From NCBI GenBank assembly GCA_963667565.1, contig OY763415.1, positions 576,001-640,000 on the forward strand: a DNA stretch of 64,000 nucleotides. Direction: 5' to 3'. The notes beneath the pieces were generated by a model. That model saw only the letters and a list, made by a program, of their open reading frames with translations. It did no database searches and was not told where the DNA came from. Every line of letters begins with the position of its first letter. Positions within the stretch are counted from its first letter, which is position 1. This document shows, piece after piece, positions 18,292 through 30,556 of the stretch. The stretch is from Acholeplasmataceae bacterium (GTDB taxonomy: Bacteria > Bacillota_I > Bacilli_A > Acholeplasmatales > Acholeplasmataceae). The translations under genes were made by a program, and so were the position numbers.

Positions 18292-19142
18292 AATAGATTG
18301 GCATCACTGTAATTTTTGAACCATCACAAGGAATATCTAAGCGACAGTTCAGTTTATTATCGATACCTTGACCAAGTTCAAATTTATAAAAATCAACAAC
18401 ATTTGCGTTATTTTCTTTTAGGAATGCATCGACACTTAAATTGGGATTTTTGAAAGTATGGTTGATCCAGTAATGATATGCTTTTCACATGTTGAATAAA
18501 TAGGGTTTCATCAAAGTTTTGATGTTCTTTTTCATACATGAACTTCTCATAATTAATCGTATCTGGATCAATTAAATCATATGATAAATATTGTGCTTGA
18601 TTCGCGACCACTTGAAGCGCAAGTGTGTTTGCAATATCTTTCTTATCTTCATTTAAAACAACCAGTGAAGCGATTCTTCCTTGATTGTGAGTATAGGTTC
18701 CAAAAGATTGTTTATCAGATTTTCTAACACGATAGAATCTTCTAAAATTAAGATTTTCTTTGGTTAAGCCTGACAACTGTGTGACAAGTTCAGAAATCGT
18801 CTTATCGCCAACCAATAGAGCTAATGCTTGTTTTGGATTTGCAATATCACTTAAGATCAGTGGTTCTTTAATGCGCTCAATAAAATCAATAAAATGTGGA
18901 TTTTTGACCAAAAAGTCTGTTTCACCATTGACTTCAAATAAGATGGCATCATTATCTTTTTCATAGACAACAACAATACCTTTGGAAGCAACTCTGTCGT
19001 TTCCTTTTTCTTTTACTTGATGTTCATCGATATAAGCTAATGATTTTTGATAGTCATCATTGGTATGTTCTAATGCTTGTTTACACAAAAGAAAACTTGC
19101 ACCTGTTTCATCTCTTAATTGTTTTAATAGTTTTGGATTCAT
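18290..19142 (-). CDS. tsf: Divergent EF-Ts paralogue split by a +1 frameshift at ~18453 (programmed, pseudogene or sequencing error)
   Basis: LKQLRDETGA, CKQAL, EVNGETDF, YTHNQGRI, LLDQPY in frame 0. The +1 frame continues FKNPNLSVDAFLKENNANVVDFYKFELGQGID... to a TAA at 18290, next to the terminator. Confidence 0.75.
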
Positions 19143-19212
19143 ACGTTCACCTCATCAACATATATATTAACACAAAATAAGCAAAGATAGTTAAAATAAA
19201 GCATAAAATAAA

Positions 19213-19237
19213 CAAAAAAGGTACAATAATGTACCTT
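19213..19237 (-). terminator. Terminator at the end of parE-parC-udk-fic
   Basis: AAGGTACA-TTAT-TGTACCTT followed by a U run on the minus strand. Confidence 0.7.
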
Positions 19238-20297
19238 ATGATTCGTCATCATCAAAAAGTGATAATTGTGATGTTGATAGTTTTTGATGACCAGTAATAA
19301 TTCTTTGCCAATTTGTACTTCTACCCTTACCGAGAGGTCTAATTTTATCCTCATCTTTTAGGCGTTTAAGCGTACGATCAATAGTGGCATCACTTACATT
19401 TGGATGTCGTTTCCTTAAATCATTTTTAGTAAAAATATCAGGCATTTTTAATATACTATTTTCTAAATTGTCAGATTTATTCAAACCTTTCTCAAAATCA
19501 TATTCATGTGCGAATTGATCAAGTTCATCATAAGCATCAATAAGTAAATGTATGAGTAAGCGATGAAGCATATCAGTTTGTGCAAATCCTTGACTCCAGT
19601 AATAGCTTGCTGTGACGGTGGCTTGTTTCCAAGCATCATAAATTTTATAAAAATATTTAAAGAAACTTACATATTTAAACACCGAAAAGTCTCTAATAAT
19701 TAATGCATATAACAAGATGAGTGATACGAGATCACCATGACTGTTTACCAAATCACTATTTTCCATGTCGACATATAAATTAATCATAAGTTGAGTGAGT
19801 TCAACTTTTTGAGATTTAAGTGTTTTTTGATAGAGTTCAAAGAGTTTTTCAAGATCTTCTTTTTTAGAGTGCTTCTTCATCTTTAATAAGCCATCATCTA
19901 ATGCTTCATAAGTATTAAATGTGATGGATTCATATTGATGAGATAAGAGTTTGATTAAATTACCAACTTCATTAACTAAAAGTTCAAAATCATCTGGATT
20001 TTTCTTTAGTTGAATATAAGCAGTTTTTAGATTATTAAACAAATACTCATCTTTTGTACGCGCACTCATTTTTTTCTTACTAAATAACTTTAAACGAGCA
20101 TCTGTCATTTGTAAATTAAGACATTTACCTAAATAATAAAGATCAACAGCTTGTGTTTGACGGAAGTACACACTTTGATCGCGACTAAAAAGATCATCAT
20201 AATAAAATGATTTACCTTTGTTTTCATAAAGTGATAATAATAGCATAATCACTTCATTAGTCATTTGAATGCGATCAATATTTTTAAGTGCGTTCAT
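19236..20297 (-). CDS. Fic-family-like protein with C-terminal winged HTH, lacking the catalytic Fic motif
   Basis: KYVSF...W..G and FTKNDL...PNVSDATIDRTLKRL...IRPLGKGRSTNW resemble Firmicutes Fic-wHTH proteins; HPFxxGNGR is absent. Confidence 0.6.
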   Translation of the reverse strand: MNALKNIDRIQMTNEVIMLLLSLYENKGKSFYYDDLFSRDQSVYFRQTQAVDLYYLGKCLNLQMTDARLKLFSKKKMSARTKDEYLFNNLKTAYIQLKKNPDDFELLVNEVGNLIKLLSHQYESITFNTYEALDDGLLKMKKHSKKEDLEKLFELYQKTLKSQKVELTQLMINLYVDMENSDLVNSHGDLVSLILLYALIIRDFSVFKYVSFFKYFYKIYDAWKQATVTASYYWSQGFAQTDMLHRLLIHLLIDAYDELDQFAHEYDFEKGLNKSDNLENSILKMPDIFTKNDLRKRHPNVSDATIDRTLKRLKDEDKIRPLGKGRSTNWQRIITGHQKLSTSQLSLFDDDES

Positions 20298-20305
20298 CTT
20301 ATCTC

Positions 20306-21946
20306 CTATTCTCTAAAGCAGCTATCTCCAATAAATTCTCTTAATAATGAGTTATTTGGAACCAATTCATCATCAATATCTTTAATGTACTTTAAGAATT
20401 TTAATAATCTATTTGCAGTAATGAAATGTTCATTATCTCTATCGATATCTTCTAATTGTTTAACGGCATGTTTCTTTAAGACAGCAAGTTCATAAGTAAG
20501 TTCTGAGTTAAAGACATAATCTGCTTCATTTTGGAATGGATAAATCCATTTAAATTCACCTTTTCTAACATTTGACCACATATCCATGGTCATCGCTGCT
20601 GAAGAGTTACGATATTTTTGATCTCTAACAATTCTTCTTAATAATCTAAGTTCTGTAATGCTTATTGGATTTAGGTCATCAATATGTAATTGTGTTTGAG
20701 GTGCAATATAGATTTTATATTTTTGATGTTTAGGAATACTATAGGTTAATCGTTCATTTAATGCATGAATACCTTCAATGATAATAGGTGTATCATGTTG
20801 TAATTTAACGACATGTCCTGCTTCTCTTAAACCTGTTTTAAAATTAAATTTAGGAAGTGTAACAGTTTCACCTTGAATGAGTTTTAACATATCATGATTA
20901 AATAATTCTAAATCAAGTGCTTCAACATGTTCTAAATCAGGTTGTCCAAAATCATCTTTAGGTGCAAACTCTTTTCCTAAATAGTAATCATCAATTGAAA
21001 TCATCACTGGTTTAATACCTCTTGACATGAGTTCAATTCTTAATCTATTTGAGAAAGTAGTTTTACCACTTGATGATGGACCTGCAATACCGATTAATTT
21101 GATACTATCAATATTAAATTCAATTTGATCACCAAGTTCATGAAGCATATGTGAATGTTTTGATTCACACATATTGACAAAATCAGTTGCTGATTTTTTG
21201 TTTAATGCATACTGATTCATTTTAGCAATGGTATTACCATCAATGATTTTACCCCATTTGGCAACATCTTTTAAAGCGCGTCCAAAATTAGGCTCATCAA
21301 TAAATGTAGGGATTTCTCCATTTAATTCAGCTCTTGGATATTGGATGATAAATCCTGGATAATATAAAAACATATTAAATGACTTTAAATAACCAGTACT
21401 TGGTAGCATATAGCCAAACATATAGTTAATATATTCATCGCAAGCATAGTAGTTTACATCCTTATCTTCACGATATTTTAAGATGTCTACTTTATCTTCC
21501 ATACCAAATGAATCATATAATTTGATGGCTTTATCTAGCGCCATCGTGTGTCTTTCTATTTTATAGTCTGCATCAACAATCTTTTGAACTTCATCATTGA
21601 TTTGACTGACAATTTTAGGTGATAATAAATGTTTAAAATTTTCAAATGTTGCTAAAATTGCTCTAGAAATTGAATAACTAAATTTCAATTTAACATTTGG
21701 ATATAAATGCTGAACTGCCATAGCAACCACATATCTTAGTGTGGATTCATAAATCTTAATGGCATCAGGATCATCCATGGTTAAATATTCGATATCACAA
21801 TCTTTTTTAATACAATATGTCAACTCTCTAAGTCTGCCATCGACTTTCGCTGCTAACACATGTTCTAACTGAAGTTTTTGACTGATACTTTCTAATGTTT
21901 GTTCTTTTTCAAAAACTTCCTTTTTTCCATTTACTACTATATTCAT
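20306..21946 (-). CDS. Uridine/nucleoside kinase with N-terminal TGS/ThrRS-like domain
   Basis: AAKVDGRLRELT; IAGPSSSGKTT; EGIHALN; RLLRRIVRD; SLLREFIG. Confidence 0.88.
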   Translation of the reverse strand: MNIVVNGKKEVFEKEQTLESISQKLQLEHVLAAKVDGRLRELTYCIKKDCDIEYLTMDDPDAIKIYESTLRYVVAMAVQHLYPNVKLKFSYSISRAILATFENFKHLLSPKIVSQINDEVQKIVDADYKIERHTMALDKAIKLYDSFGMEDKVDILKYREDKDVNYYACDEYINYMFGYMLPSTGYLKSFNMFLYYPGFIIQYPRAELNGEIPTFIDEPNFGRALKDVAKWGKIIDGNTIAKMNQYALNKKSATDFVNMCESKHSHMLHELGDQIEFNIDSIKLIGIAGPSSSGKTTFSNRLRIELMSRGIKPVMISIDDYYLGKEFAPKDDFGQPDLEHVEALDLELFNHDMLKLIQGETVTLPKFNFKTGLREAGHVVKLQHDTPIIIEGIHALNERLTYSIPKHQKYKIYIAPQTQLHIDDLNPISITELRLLRRIVRDQKYRNSSAAMTMDMWSNVRKGEFKWIYPFQNEADYVFNSELTYELAVLKKHAVKQLEDIDRDNEHFITANRLLKFLKYIKDIDDELVPNNSLLREFIGDSCFRE

Positions 21947-21966
21947 ATTTTTCTCCTTAACAATGA

Positions 21967-24558
21967 TTAATCCTCATCATCAAACAAATCAAAACGCGAT
22001 ATCGTTATTTTCTTATGATCTTTTGTTTCAACTGCTTCTTCTTTAACAGCTTTTAAGATATCTTGTACTTCTTTTGATTGTTCAGTTGGTTTTTTAGGTT
22101 TAACTTTTACCGCTTCATCATGTGTTGCATTGTCAATGTATATTTTTATCGCATCGCCAACTTTTGATGGATCAATCATTTTCTTTCCAAATTTATTATA
22201 ATTTCCTTTCAAATCAGATGCAGTCGTCAGTAAACAACTTGTCTTACTAATAATTCTAACTTTAACATCTTCTTTGATTTGTGCACGTGATAAACGTGCT
22301 AAATCTACACCCTCATGTGGATTAGATTTTAAGTGGTCAATGATTAAAATACCTCGTCTATTTCGATTGTATAAAGGTATTTCATTGACGACATCAGTAA
22401 TGATATGTCCTCTTGATGTTAGACATGCTAATTCATCGCTTTCATATGCATAACGTGATGCTACTAAGCCATCTGAATCACTGATTGACATACCTTTAAC
22501 ACCACCAGCTTGCAAGCCGTATGTAGGTAGGTCATCTGTTTTCATTCTAAGTAGATATCCTTTTTTAGATAAAGAAATAATATTGTCCTTCTCGCCTAAG
22601 TCAACAGATATTAATTCATCATCATCTTGAAGTTTCATAGCTCTTACTGGTTTTGTAAAACGACTCACTTCAAAATCTTGTAGTTTTGCTTGTTTCATCA
22701 TGCCGCTCTTTGAAGCAAGTAAGAAATAAGTGTCTTCATTAAATTTAGGGATACTATAAACATCAACTAATCTTTCATCTGATTCAATAGGTGTGATGTT
22801 TCCCATATATATACCAAGATCTTTCCATTTTTGTTCATCGATTTTATACACGGGTAAGTATATATAATTACCTTTACTGGTAAATAATAAAAGTGTGTCT
22901 AATGTACTTGTTTCCTTTTCATAGACTAAGACATCATCTTGTTTTAATCCAGGTTCAGGTGTCGCTTGATAACTTCTTAAACTAGAACGTTTGACGTAGC
23001 CTTCTTTAGAAATACCAATCATCACCATTTCTTCTGACACTAAATCTTTTTCATCAATTTTAATGGTTTCAATTTCATCTTCGATAATTGTTTTACGATC
23101 ATCACCAATCAGTTTAACAACATCAAGTAACTCTTTCTTTATGACTTTCTTTAAGACCGATTCACTTGATAAAATTTTGTTGAGTTCTTCTATTTTATCA
23201 CTTAAATCTTGACTTTCATTCTGTAAAGCTAAAATGTCTGTATTTGAAAGTCTGTAAAGTTGTAAAGTCACAATCGCTTCAGCTTGTAAATCTGTAAACC
23301 CAAAAGCGCTCATGATGTTTTCTTTGGCGTCTTTCTTATTGTTTGAAGAACGAATGATTTTAACAATTTCTTCAACAACAGATACCATCTTAATTAAACC
23401 TTCAACGATATGCTGACGTTTCATTGCTTTTTCTAATTCATAATTTGAACGATTTGTAATCACATCTTTTTGATGATCAACATACGCTTTAATAATAGGT
23501 AGTGCACCAACTAAGACTGGTCTATGATTCATAATTGCGACCATGTTATAGTTGTATGAAACTTGCAAGTCAGTTGATTTATATAATAAGTTAAGCATTA
23601 ATGATGCATCTGCACCTTTTTTTAGGTCAATCGCGATTCTTAAACCTTCTTGGTCACTCTCATCACGAATTTCTAAGATATCATCAATATTTTTATCAAT
23701 TCTTAAAGTATCCATTGCTCTGACTAAATCAGCTTTATTGACTTCATAAGGAATTTCAGTGATAACGATACGTTCTTGTGATTTCGAGATTTCCTCAAAT
23801 TCAGCTTTTGCTCTAATCATCATCTTTCCTGAACCCGTGGTTAGTGCATCTTTAATACCATCTTTTCCTTGGACAATACCACCTGTAGGAAAATCAGGAC
23901 CATGAATAATATTTAAAATCTCGTCGATTGAAATGTTTTCGTTATCTATATATGCTATGGATGCATGAATGACTTCAGTTAAGTTGTGTGGCGGAATCTT
24001 AGTTGCATACCCAGCAGAAATTCCAGTTGCTCCATTAACAAGTAAATTAGGGAATTTAGCTGGTAAAACAGTAGGTTCTAATTCTTCATCATCGAAATTA
24101 GGGATAAAAGGAACTGTTCTTTTTTCAATATCTTGAAGTAATAGCTCTGAGGCAAGTGATAATCTAGCTTCTGTATAACGCATTGCAGCTGCTGAATCAC
24201 CATCAATTGAACCATTATTTCCATGCATATCAATGAGAATTTGTCTCATTTTAAAGTCTTGTGAAAGTCTAACCATTGCTTCATAAATTGATGAATCACC
24301 ATGTGGATGATATTTACCCATAACTTCACCAGCAATTCTTGCTGATTTTTTATAAGGTTTATTATGAAACATACCTAATTGTTGCATCGCATATAAAATT
24401 CGGCGTTGTACTGGCTTTAGGCCATCTCTAGCATCGGGCAATGCACGGTCTTGGATAATATATTTAGAATATTTACCAAATCGATCAGAGACAATTTCTT
24501 CAAGTGGTGTTGCAATAATATTTTCAATAAATGTATCTATCTTCTTAGAAACAGACAT
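21967..24558 (-). CDS. parC: DNA topoisomerase IV subunit A
   Basis: [42 protein letters not shown]. Confidence 0.96.
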   Translation of the reverse strand: MSVSKKIDTFIENIIATPLEEIVSDRFGKYSKYIIQDRALPDARDGLKPVQRRILYAMQQLGMFHNKPYKKSARIAGEVMGKYHPHGDSSIYEAMVRLSQDFKMRQILIDMHGNNGSIDGDSAAAMRYTEARLSLASELLLQDIEKRTVPFIPNFDDEELEPTVLPAKFPNLLVNGATGISAGYATKIPPHNLTEVIHASIAYIDNENISIDEILNIIHGPDFPTGGIVQGKDGIKDALTTGSGKMMIRAKAEFEEISKSQERIVITEIPYEVNKADLVRAMDTLRIDKNIDDILEIRDESDQEGLRIAIDLKKGADASLMLNLLYKSTDLQVSYNYNMVAIMNHRPVLVGALPIIKAYVDHQKDVITNRSNYELEKAMKRQHIVEGLIKMVSVVEEIVKIIRSSNNKKDAKENIMSAFGFTDLQAEAIVTLQLYRLSNTDILALQNESQDLSDKIEELNKILSSESVLKKVIKKELLDVVKLIGDDRKTIIEDEIETIKIDEKDLVSEEMVMIGISKEGYVKRSSLRSYQATPEPGLKQDDVLVYEKETSTLDTLLLFTSKGNYIYLPVYKIDEQKWKDLGIYMGNITPIESDERLVDVYSIPKFNEDTYFLLASKSGMMKQAKLQDFEVSRFTKPVRAMKLQDDDELISVDLGEKDNIISLSKKGYLLRMKTDDLPTYGLQAGGVKGMSISDSDGLVASRYAYESDELACLTSRGHIITDVVNEIPLYNRNRRGILIIDHLKSNPHEGVDLARLSRAQIKEDVKVRIISKTSCLLTTASDLKGNYNKFGKKMIDPSKVGDAIKIYIDNATHDEAVKVKPKKPTEQSKEVQDILKAVKEEAVETKDHKKITISRFDLFDDED

Positions 24559-26519
24559 TATTCTCCACCCCTTTCAAGATCAAAGTCATCAGACATTTCA
24601 AAATCGACATTTTCTTCGATCCATTCACGTCTAGGTTCAACCTTATCACCCATGAGTGTTGAAATTCTACGATCAGATGAACTCACATCATCAATTCTTA
24701 CTTGAATTAATGAACGTGACTGAGGATCCATCGTTGTTTCCCATAATTGATTTGCGTTCATTTCACCTAATCCTTTGTATCTTTGAATGGTATAAGGATT
24801 ACCATTAATGTATGAGCGAAGTTCTTCATCGCTCCATGCATAAAATGATTCGTCTTTACGACCATTTTTTCTTGTTATTTTATAAAGTGGTGGTTGTGCA
24901 ATATATAAACGTCCATCTTCAATGAGTGGTCTCATAAATCTAAAGAAGAAAGTTAATAATAATACTTGGATATGAGCACCATCAGTGTCAGCATCCGTCA
25001 TAATAATAACTTTATTATAATTGCATTTCTTTAAATTAAAGTCAGGGCCAAAATCAGCGCCAATCGTATAGATCATTGTCGAAATTTCTTCATTTTTAAG
25101 AATTTGATCTAAACTTGCTTTTTCAGTATTAATAACCTTACCACGAAGTGGCAGTATGGCTTGAAATCTTCGGTTTCTACCTTGTTTTGCTGAACCTCCT
25201 GCAGAATCCCCTTCCACTAAGAAAAGTTCATTAACAGACTTATCTTTACCTTGTGCAGGCGATAATTTCCCACTTAAGGAGATTTCTTTTTTATTTTTAG
25301 TTTTTCCATTTCTTGCTTCTTCACGTGCTTTTCTTGCAGCTTCTCTCGCTTTTTGAGCATTTTGAGATCTTTGGATAATTTCTTGTGCAACTTTCTTGTT
25401 TTCTTCAAGATAAGTCGTCATATTTTCATAGAGCACATTATCTGTAGCATTTCTTGCTTCAGGTGTACCAAGTTTTCCTTTAGTTTGACCTTCAAATTCA
25501 AGGACTTCTTCAGGGATTCTTAGCGATATGATTGCTGTTAAACCTTCTCTGATATCTGAACCATCAAGATTTGGGTCTTTATCTTTAATCATTGAATATT
25601 TTCTAGCATAATCATTAACTGATCTAGTCATTGCTGATCTAAAACCAGTCTCATGTGTTCCGCCATCTCTAGTTCTTACATTATTTACAAATGAGATGAT
25701 ATTTTCCGTGTATGTTGCGCTAAATTGAAATGAAATATCAACCTCAATAGATTTCTTCTTGTTATGCTCTAAAGGAAACTCTTGTTCGATTAAAACAACA
25801 TCATTTAAAGTCTTTTTATTTTCATTGAGTAAATCAATATATGCTTTTATACCTTCTTCATATTGAAAGACTTCTTTTTGCTTATGTCTTTGGTCACTTA
25901 AAACCATCTTTAATCCTTTGATTAAAAATGCGGATTCTCTTAATCTTTCTTTAATAAGATCATATGAAAATAAAGTCGTAGAAAACATTTTAGGATCTGG
26001 TTTAAATAAGACGGTTGTTCCTGTTTTCTTAGTTTCACCGATTTTCTTTAAGGGTTCGATTTTTCTACCACCATTAGAGAAACGTTGTTGCCAAATGCCT
26101 TGGTCTCTATAGATAGTGACTTCTAAGAATTGAGAAAGTGCATTAACAACACTTGAACCTACACCATGAAGACCACCGGATACTTTGTATCCGCTTTGAT
26201 CAGAGAACTTACCACCTGCATGTAGAACAGTAAAAATCACTTCTGTGGTAGGTTTACCAGAAGCGTGCATTTTATAAGGCATTCCACGACCATTATCAAT
26301 GACTTCAATACTGTTATCAGGTTTAATTGTCACTATAATTTCATTCGCGTATCCACCAAGTGCTTCATCAATTGCATTATCTACAATTTCCCAAACTAAA
26401 TGGTGTAGTCCTCTTTGATCGGTAGAACCGATATACATACCAGGACGTTTTCGTACTGCCTCTAATCCTTCAAGGATTTGTATGGATTGTTCATCATAAT
26501 TTTTGACTGTCTTATTCAC
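24558..26519 (-). CDS. parE: DNA topoisomerase IV subunit B
   Basis: [54 protein letters not shown] start. Confidence 0.96.
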   Translation of the reverse strand: MNKTVKNYDEQSIQILEGLEAVRKRPGMYIGSTDQRGLHHLVWEIVDNAIDEALGGYANEIIVTIKPDNSIEVIDNGRGMPYKMHASGKPTTEVIFTVLHAGGKFSDQSGYKVSGGLHGVGSSVVNALSQFLEVTIYRDQGIWQQRFSNGGRKIEPLKKIGETKKTGTTVLFKPDPKMFSTTLFSYDLIKERLRESAFLIKGLKMVLSDQRHKQKEVFQYEEGIKAYIDLLNENKKTLNDVVLIEQEFPLEHNKKKSIEVDISFQFSATYTENIISFVNNVRTRDGGTHETGFRSAMTRSVNDYARKYSMIKDKDPNLDGSDIREGLTAIISLRIPEEVLEFEGQTKGKLGTPEARNATDNVLYENMTTYLEENKKVAQEIIQRSQNAQKAREAARKAREEARNGKTKNKKEISLSGKLSPAQGKDKSVNELFLVEGDSAGGSAKQGRNRRFQAILPLRGKVINTEKASLDQILKNEEISTMIYTIGADFGPDFNLKKCNYNKVIIMTDADTDGAHIQVLLLTFFFRFMRPLIEDGRLYIAQPPLYKITRKNGRKDESFYAWSDEELRSYINGNPYTIQRYKGLGEMNANQLWETTMDPQSRSLIQVRIDDVSSSDRRISTLMGDKVEPRREWIEENVDFEMSDDFDLERGGE

Positions 26520-26650
26520 ATGATCACCAACTTAATATTATGTATTAATTATATCAAAAAACATAGTCATAAACAATCTTTGAATATGTTTTATATATAG
26601 ATGAATTTTTAAACAAACAATGTTATAATAAATCGTAATGAGGTGAAAGT

Positions 26651-27289
26651 ATGACTTATTTATACATTGGGTTGCTACTTATTGTATCATATCTTATTGG
26701 ATCTATACAAAGTGGTTTAATTATAGGAAAAGTTTTTAAAAAAGTAGATATCAGGGAACACGGTTCTAAAAACACTGGAGCAACAAACGCAATTAGAGTT
26801 TTAGGATTTAAATATGGCATATGGGCATTTTTATTTGATACGATTAAAGGTGCTTTAATGATCTCAGTTCTAAAATATACACATGCAACAGATTTTTATA
26901 TGATCAACCAGTTAAATTTTATTTCTATCTATGGATTTGTCGCTGTTCTAGGTCATGTATTTTCAGTGTTTAATCATTTTAAAGGCGGTAAAGCAGTTGC
27001 AACTTCTCTTGGTGCTATTCTTGCTATTGAGCCAATAATCGCTATCATCATCGGTATTGTTTTCTTAACAGTATTCTTAATCACTAGATATGTATCATTA
27101 GGTTCAACTTTTGCTGCTATAACGACTATAGTCGGATTTATAATCCGTTTGTTCATACCTATTAAAGATATGAATATAGAATCAAAAATATTTGAGATTG
27201 TTGTTTTTATTTTATTAGCTTCGCTTATTTTTATAAAGCATAAAGCAAATTATCAAAGATTAAAAACAGGCACCGAACATAAAATGTAA
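26651..27289 (+). CDS. plsY: Glycerol-3-phosphate acyltransferase
   Basis: YLIGS, GSKNTGATN, GHVFS, FKGGKAVATS; divergent from parE as in Firmicutes. Confidence 0.93.
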   Translation: MTYLYIGLLLIVSYLIGSIQSGLIIGKVFKKVDIREHGSKNTGATNAIRVLGFKYGIWAFLFDTIKGALMISVLKYTHATDFYMINQLNFISIYGFVAVLGHVFSVFNHFKGGKAVATSLGAILAIEPIIAIIIGIVFLTVFLITRYVSLGSTFAAITTIVGFIIRLFIPIKDMNIESKIFEIVVFILLASLIFIKHKANYQRLKTGTEHKM

Positions 27290-27320
27290 AAAAAAAAGAC
27301 ATTCTTGAAATGTCTTATTT
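27290..27320. terminator. Bidirectional terminator plsY/yneF
   Basis: AAGACATT-CTTGA-AATGTCTT. Confidence 0.65.
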
Positions 27321-27539
27321 ATATTGGTTCATTGAACTAAGTATTTGTCTGACTTGTTTTTCAGATGGTGTACGTCCCATTTGACGCATCATTTCACGAA
27401 TCATTTGTTCATTGACTGGTGGATTCTTTTTCAAGTAACGTTGGAACCATGCTCTAGCGCCAAAGAAACCAGCAACCCCACCAACTAGTAAGACACCAAC
27501 CAATAATAATATATCTCCTAATAATGAAAACCCTGGCAT
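27315..27539 (-). CDS. yneF: YneF/UPF0154 family membrane protein
   Basis: N-terminal TM followed by [12 protein letters not shown]...[11 protein letters not shown]. Confidence 0.88.
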   Translation of the reverse strand: MPGFSLLGDILLLVGVLLVGGVAGFFGARAWFQRYLKKNPPVNEQMIREMMRQMGRTPSEKQVRQILSSMNQYK

Positions 27540-27639
27540 ATGCTCACACTCCTATCATATCTATTCTACTTGATTAAAATTAAAATTACAAGAATAATAT
27601 GATAAGATATAAATTTGATGAAATAGAGGTCTTAAATAA

Positions 27640-28503
27640 ATGGAATTTTTTAATTTTCTACTCGATTTTTTATCGTATATCATGTTATCATATTTTATTT
27701 TTCAAATTTTTGGTAGAAAAAGATATATATCCTTAATCGTATTTGCCATCTTAATTATTTCATCACTTGTCAATTTGGTGAGTGTAATTTATACAGGTTA
27801 TGGTATTCTAGCGATTTTATATACATTTATTGTTGATCCACTTCCTATTATCTTAGCGTTATTTGTCTATTTGTACCTAACTAGATCTTATCGTGTTAGA
27901 ATACGTGAGAAAAAGCCAAAAGGATTAAAATTAAAAAATATCTATACGACGGTTTTTCCTACCAAATATATTTTTAGATTATCGTTATTTGGTAGTATTT
28001 TATCAGGGCTTGTCATCATCTTAATCTTAGTTAATTATTATCTTGATTATACATATATGAGCACACTTGTATTTACTGGTTCTCTCATTTTATCAGGACT
28101 TATTATGTTATTTTCTATTTATCAGTTATATAGTGTTAAACAAATTGACTATGATCGTTTTATAGTCTATATTGGTAAACATAAAGAAAAGTGTTATGCT
28201 TATGATTTAAAAGAAATGACACATCCACTTCAGATGTCTGATGTATTTACAAATCAAGATTATTTATGTGATGAAGTTGGAGTGATTAAAGTATATCAAG
28301 GTTATAAACTGATTGAAAAAAATTATTTATATTGGATTGCCACTTCACAAGACGTTGAAATCAAGATCGAAGGGTTTCATATAACTTCAAATGTATTTAA
28401 ACCCTTTGTTGAGGATATATCCAAATATCAAAAGGTAAAAATCAAGCTACAACTTGAACATGGACAATATATCATAGATCCAAAAAATAATGGTGCCAAT
28501 TAG
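27640..28503 (+). CDS. Hypothetical multi-pass membrane protein
   Basis: 287-aa ORF with GAGG RBS, about 5 hydrophobic segments and a soluble C-terminus. Confidence 0.7.
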   Translation: MEFFNFLLDFLSYIMLSYFIFQIFGRKRYISLIVFAILIISSLVNLVSVIYTGYGILAILYTFIVDPLPIILALFVYLYLTRSYRVRIREKKPKGLKLKNIYTTVFPTKYIFRLSLFGSILSGLVIILILVNYYLDYTYMSTLVFTGSLILSGLIMLFSIYQLYSVKQIDYDRFIVYIGKHKEKCYAYDLKEMTHPLQMSDVFTNQDYLCDEVGVIKVYQGYKLIEKNYLYWIATSQDVEIKIEGFHITSNVFKPFVEDISKYQKVKIKLQLEHGQYIIDPKNNGAN

Positions 28504-28516
28504 GCACCATTTTTTA
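28488..28516. terminator. Bidirectional terminator hypothetical/glnA
   Basis: AATGGTGCC-AATTA-GGCACCATT plus T run. Confidence 0.7.
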
Positions 28517-29860
28517 TATAATTGGTAAGTATTTATCTAATTCAAATTGTGTGACTTTAGATCTATATTCGCCCCATTCTCTTTCTTTGGCTTCAATGAG
28601 TTTACGATAAAGTTCATAACCAATCGCTTCTTTCATCAATTTTGATGAACTAAAATAATCAAGTGCTTCTTTTAATGATCCTGGAAGACTTACAATTCCA
28701 TGTTTTTTTCTTTCACTGTCGGTCATTTTGAATAAGTTTTTCTTGATAGATGGAACAGCTACAAGTTCATCCTTAATACCATCTAGACCAGAAGCTAGAA
28801 TTGCGCTAATGGCTAAATAAGGGTTTGCTGATGGATCAACTGATCTAATTTCTATTCTTGTAGCGTTTCCTCTTGCTGCAGGGATTCTAATCATTGCAGA
28901 TCGATTTGAATCACTCCAAGAAATGTATGAAGGTGCTTCATATCCTGGTATTAATCGTTTAAATGAATTTACTGTAGGATTAGTTGCTAAACAAAATTCT
29001 CTTGCGTGCTTCATCACACCAGCAATAAACTCGTGTGCAATTTTAGATAATAAGTTTTCTGATCTTTCATCATAAAATAAGTTTTTGCCTTCTTTATCCG
29101 AGATTGAACAATTGGTGTGCATACCAGAACCATTAATGCCTTCTACAGGTTTTGGCATAAATGTTGCATGATATCCATGTCGTTTTGCGACATTTTTAAC
29201 CAAAATTTTAAATGTTTGAATATTATCACAAGCTTCTAATGCATTATCAAATTTAAAATTGATTTCATGTTGTCCATATGCAACTTCATGATGAGAAACT
29301 TCCATTTCAAATCCCATTTTCTCAAGTTCAAGTACAATATCTCTTCTGACATCTTCAGATCCATCCATGGGTGATAAATCAAAGTAGCCACCTTTATCTG
29401 AAAACTCCATGGTTGGTTTTCCTGATTGATCGAGTTTAAATAAAAAGAATTCAGGCTCAACGCCAACATTAAATTTGTCAAATCCTAAACCTAATGCTTT
29501 CATTTCATTTAAGTTTCTTTTCAAAATATATCTAGGATCTCCTTCAAAAGGTATATGATCACTTGTATATATATCACATATGAGTCTAGCGACTTTACCA
29601 TTTGGAATTTCTTCCCATTCTAATATAAGCCAAGTTGATAAATCAGGATACAAATACATGTCGGCTTCATCAATTCTGACGAAACCTTCAATGGATGATC
29701 CATCAAACATTACTTCATTAGCTAATGCTTTTTCTAAATTAGTTACTGGTATTTCAACATTTTTAACGATGCCTAGCATATCAGTAAATTGTAATCTGAT
29801 ATATTTAACATGGTTTTCTTTTGCTGAAGCAATAACATCCATTCTTGTGTAATTTTTCAT
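28514..29860 (-). CDS. glnA: Glutamine synthetase type I
   Basis: [52 protein letters not shown]. Confidence 0.96.
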   Translation of the reverse strand: MKNYTRMDVIASAKENHVKYIRLQFTDMLGIVKNVEIPVTNLEKALANEVMFDGSSIEGFVRIDEADMYLYPDLSTWLILEWEEIPNGKVARLICDIYTSDHIPFEGDPRYILKRNLNEMKALGLGFDKFNVGVEPEFFLFKLDQSGKPTMEFSDKGGYFDLSPMDGSEDVRRDIVLELEKMGFEMEVSHHEVAYGQHEINFKFDNALEACDNIQTFKILVKNVAKRHGYHATFMPKPVEGINGSGMHTNCSISDKEGKNLFYDERSENLLSKIAHEFIAGVMKHAREFCLATNPTVNSFKRLIPGYEAPSYISWSDSNRSAMIRIPAARGNATRIEIRSVDPSANPYLAISAILASGLDGIKDELVAVPSIKKNLFKMTDSERKKHGIVSLPGSLKEALDYFSSSKLMKEAIGYELYRKLIEAKEREWGEYRSKVTQFELDKYLPII

Positions 29861-29965
29861 ATAAATCCCCTTTTTTAATAGATATTTTACATAATTGATA
29901 GCACATAAGTCAATGTTTCTGTAAATTATATATAAAATTTTACATTAATAATAAAAAAAGAACAG

Positions 29966-30505
29966 TTATTGTTCTTTTTTGTATATGCTTATTTTCTTAA
30001 TGCCATATGTTTTTTCTTTGATTTTTATTAAATCATGATATATATCTTTTAAAACTGTCTTTTTTTCGGTTTCTACAATCACTAAACCATTTTTAGAAGT
30101 TTGATTTGATAATACACTTAATAACTTATCATAGGATGGATATAAATAAGGTGGATCTATAAATGATTTATCAAATTTGATGTGTTCTAATTTTTTTAAC
30201 ATCTTAAAATCTTCACGTAATGATATCTCTACTTGACTCATACACTCAAGAGCTTCAGCATTTTTATAAATCGTTTTAACTGCATCTTTATCATGATCTG
30301 AAATATATGCAAACTTTGCACCACGACTGATTGCTTCTAATGCATAAGCACCAGAACCTCCAAATAAATCTAAGATGATATCAGATGGATCTATCTCAAC
30401 CATTTGAAATACAGCTTCCCTAACCATATCTGCAGTTTCTCTAGTAGTGGATTTATTGACTCTATTTAATTTTCTACCCTTATATAAACCAGATATTATT
30501 CTCAT
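29966..30505 (-). CDS. rsmD: 16S rRNA m2G966 methyltransferase
   Basis: MRIISG, LDLFGGSG, EAISRGA, DPPY. Confidence 0.9.
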   Translation of the reverse strand: MRIISGLYKGRKLNRVNKSTTRETADMVREAVFQMVEIDPSDIILDLFGGSGAYALEAISRGAKFAYISDHDKDAVKTIYKNAEALECMSQVEISLREDFKMLKKLEHIKFDKSFIDPPYLYPSYDKLLSVLSNQTSKNGLVIVETEKKTVLKDIYHDLIKIKEKTYGIKKISIYKKEQ

Positions 30506-30528
30506 TAAAATCACCATTCATATTATAA

Positions 30529-30556
30529 CAAAAAAAGCATTCAAAATGAATGCTTT
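30529..30556 (-). terminator. Terminator after the M42 peptidase
   Basis: AAAGCATTC-ATTTT-GAATGCTTT plus U run. Confidence 0.7.

Noticed and set aside
18408..18452. QKSQFKCRCIPKRK as the genuine EF-Ts C-terminus
   Set aside because: EF-Ts homology continues in the +1 frame to 18290.
19139..19354. 71-aa ORF bridging the fic-like and tsf-like genes
   Set aside because: It overlaps the fic-like 3' end and runs through a terminator; the composition is implausible.
29920..29944. TGTAA...TTACA as a GlnR/TnrA box upstream of glnA
   Set aside because: The spacer is 15 nt rather than 7, and no glnR is adjacent.
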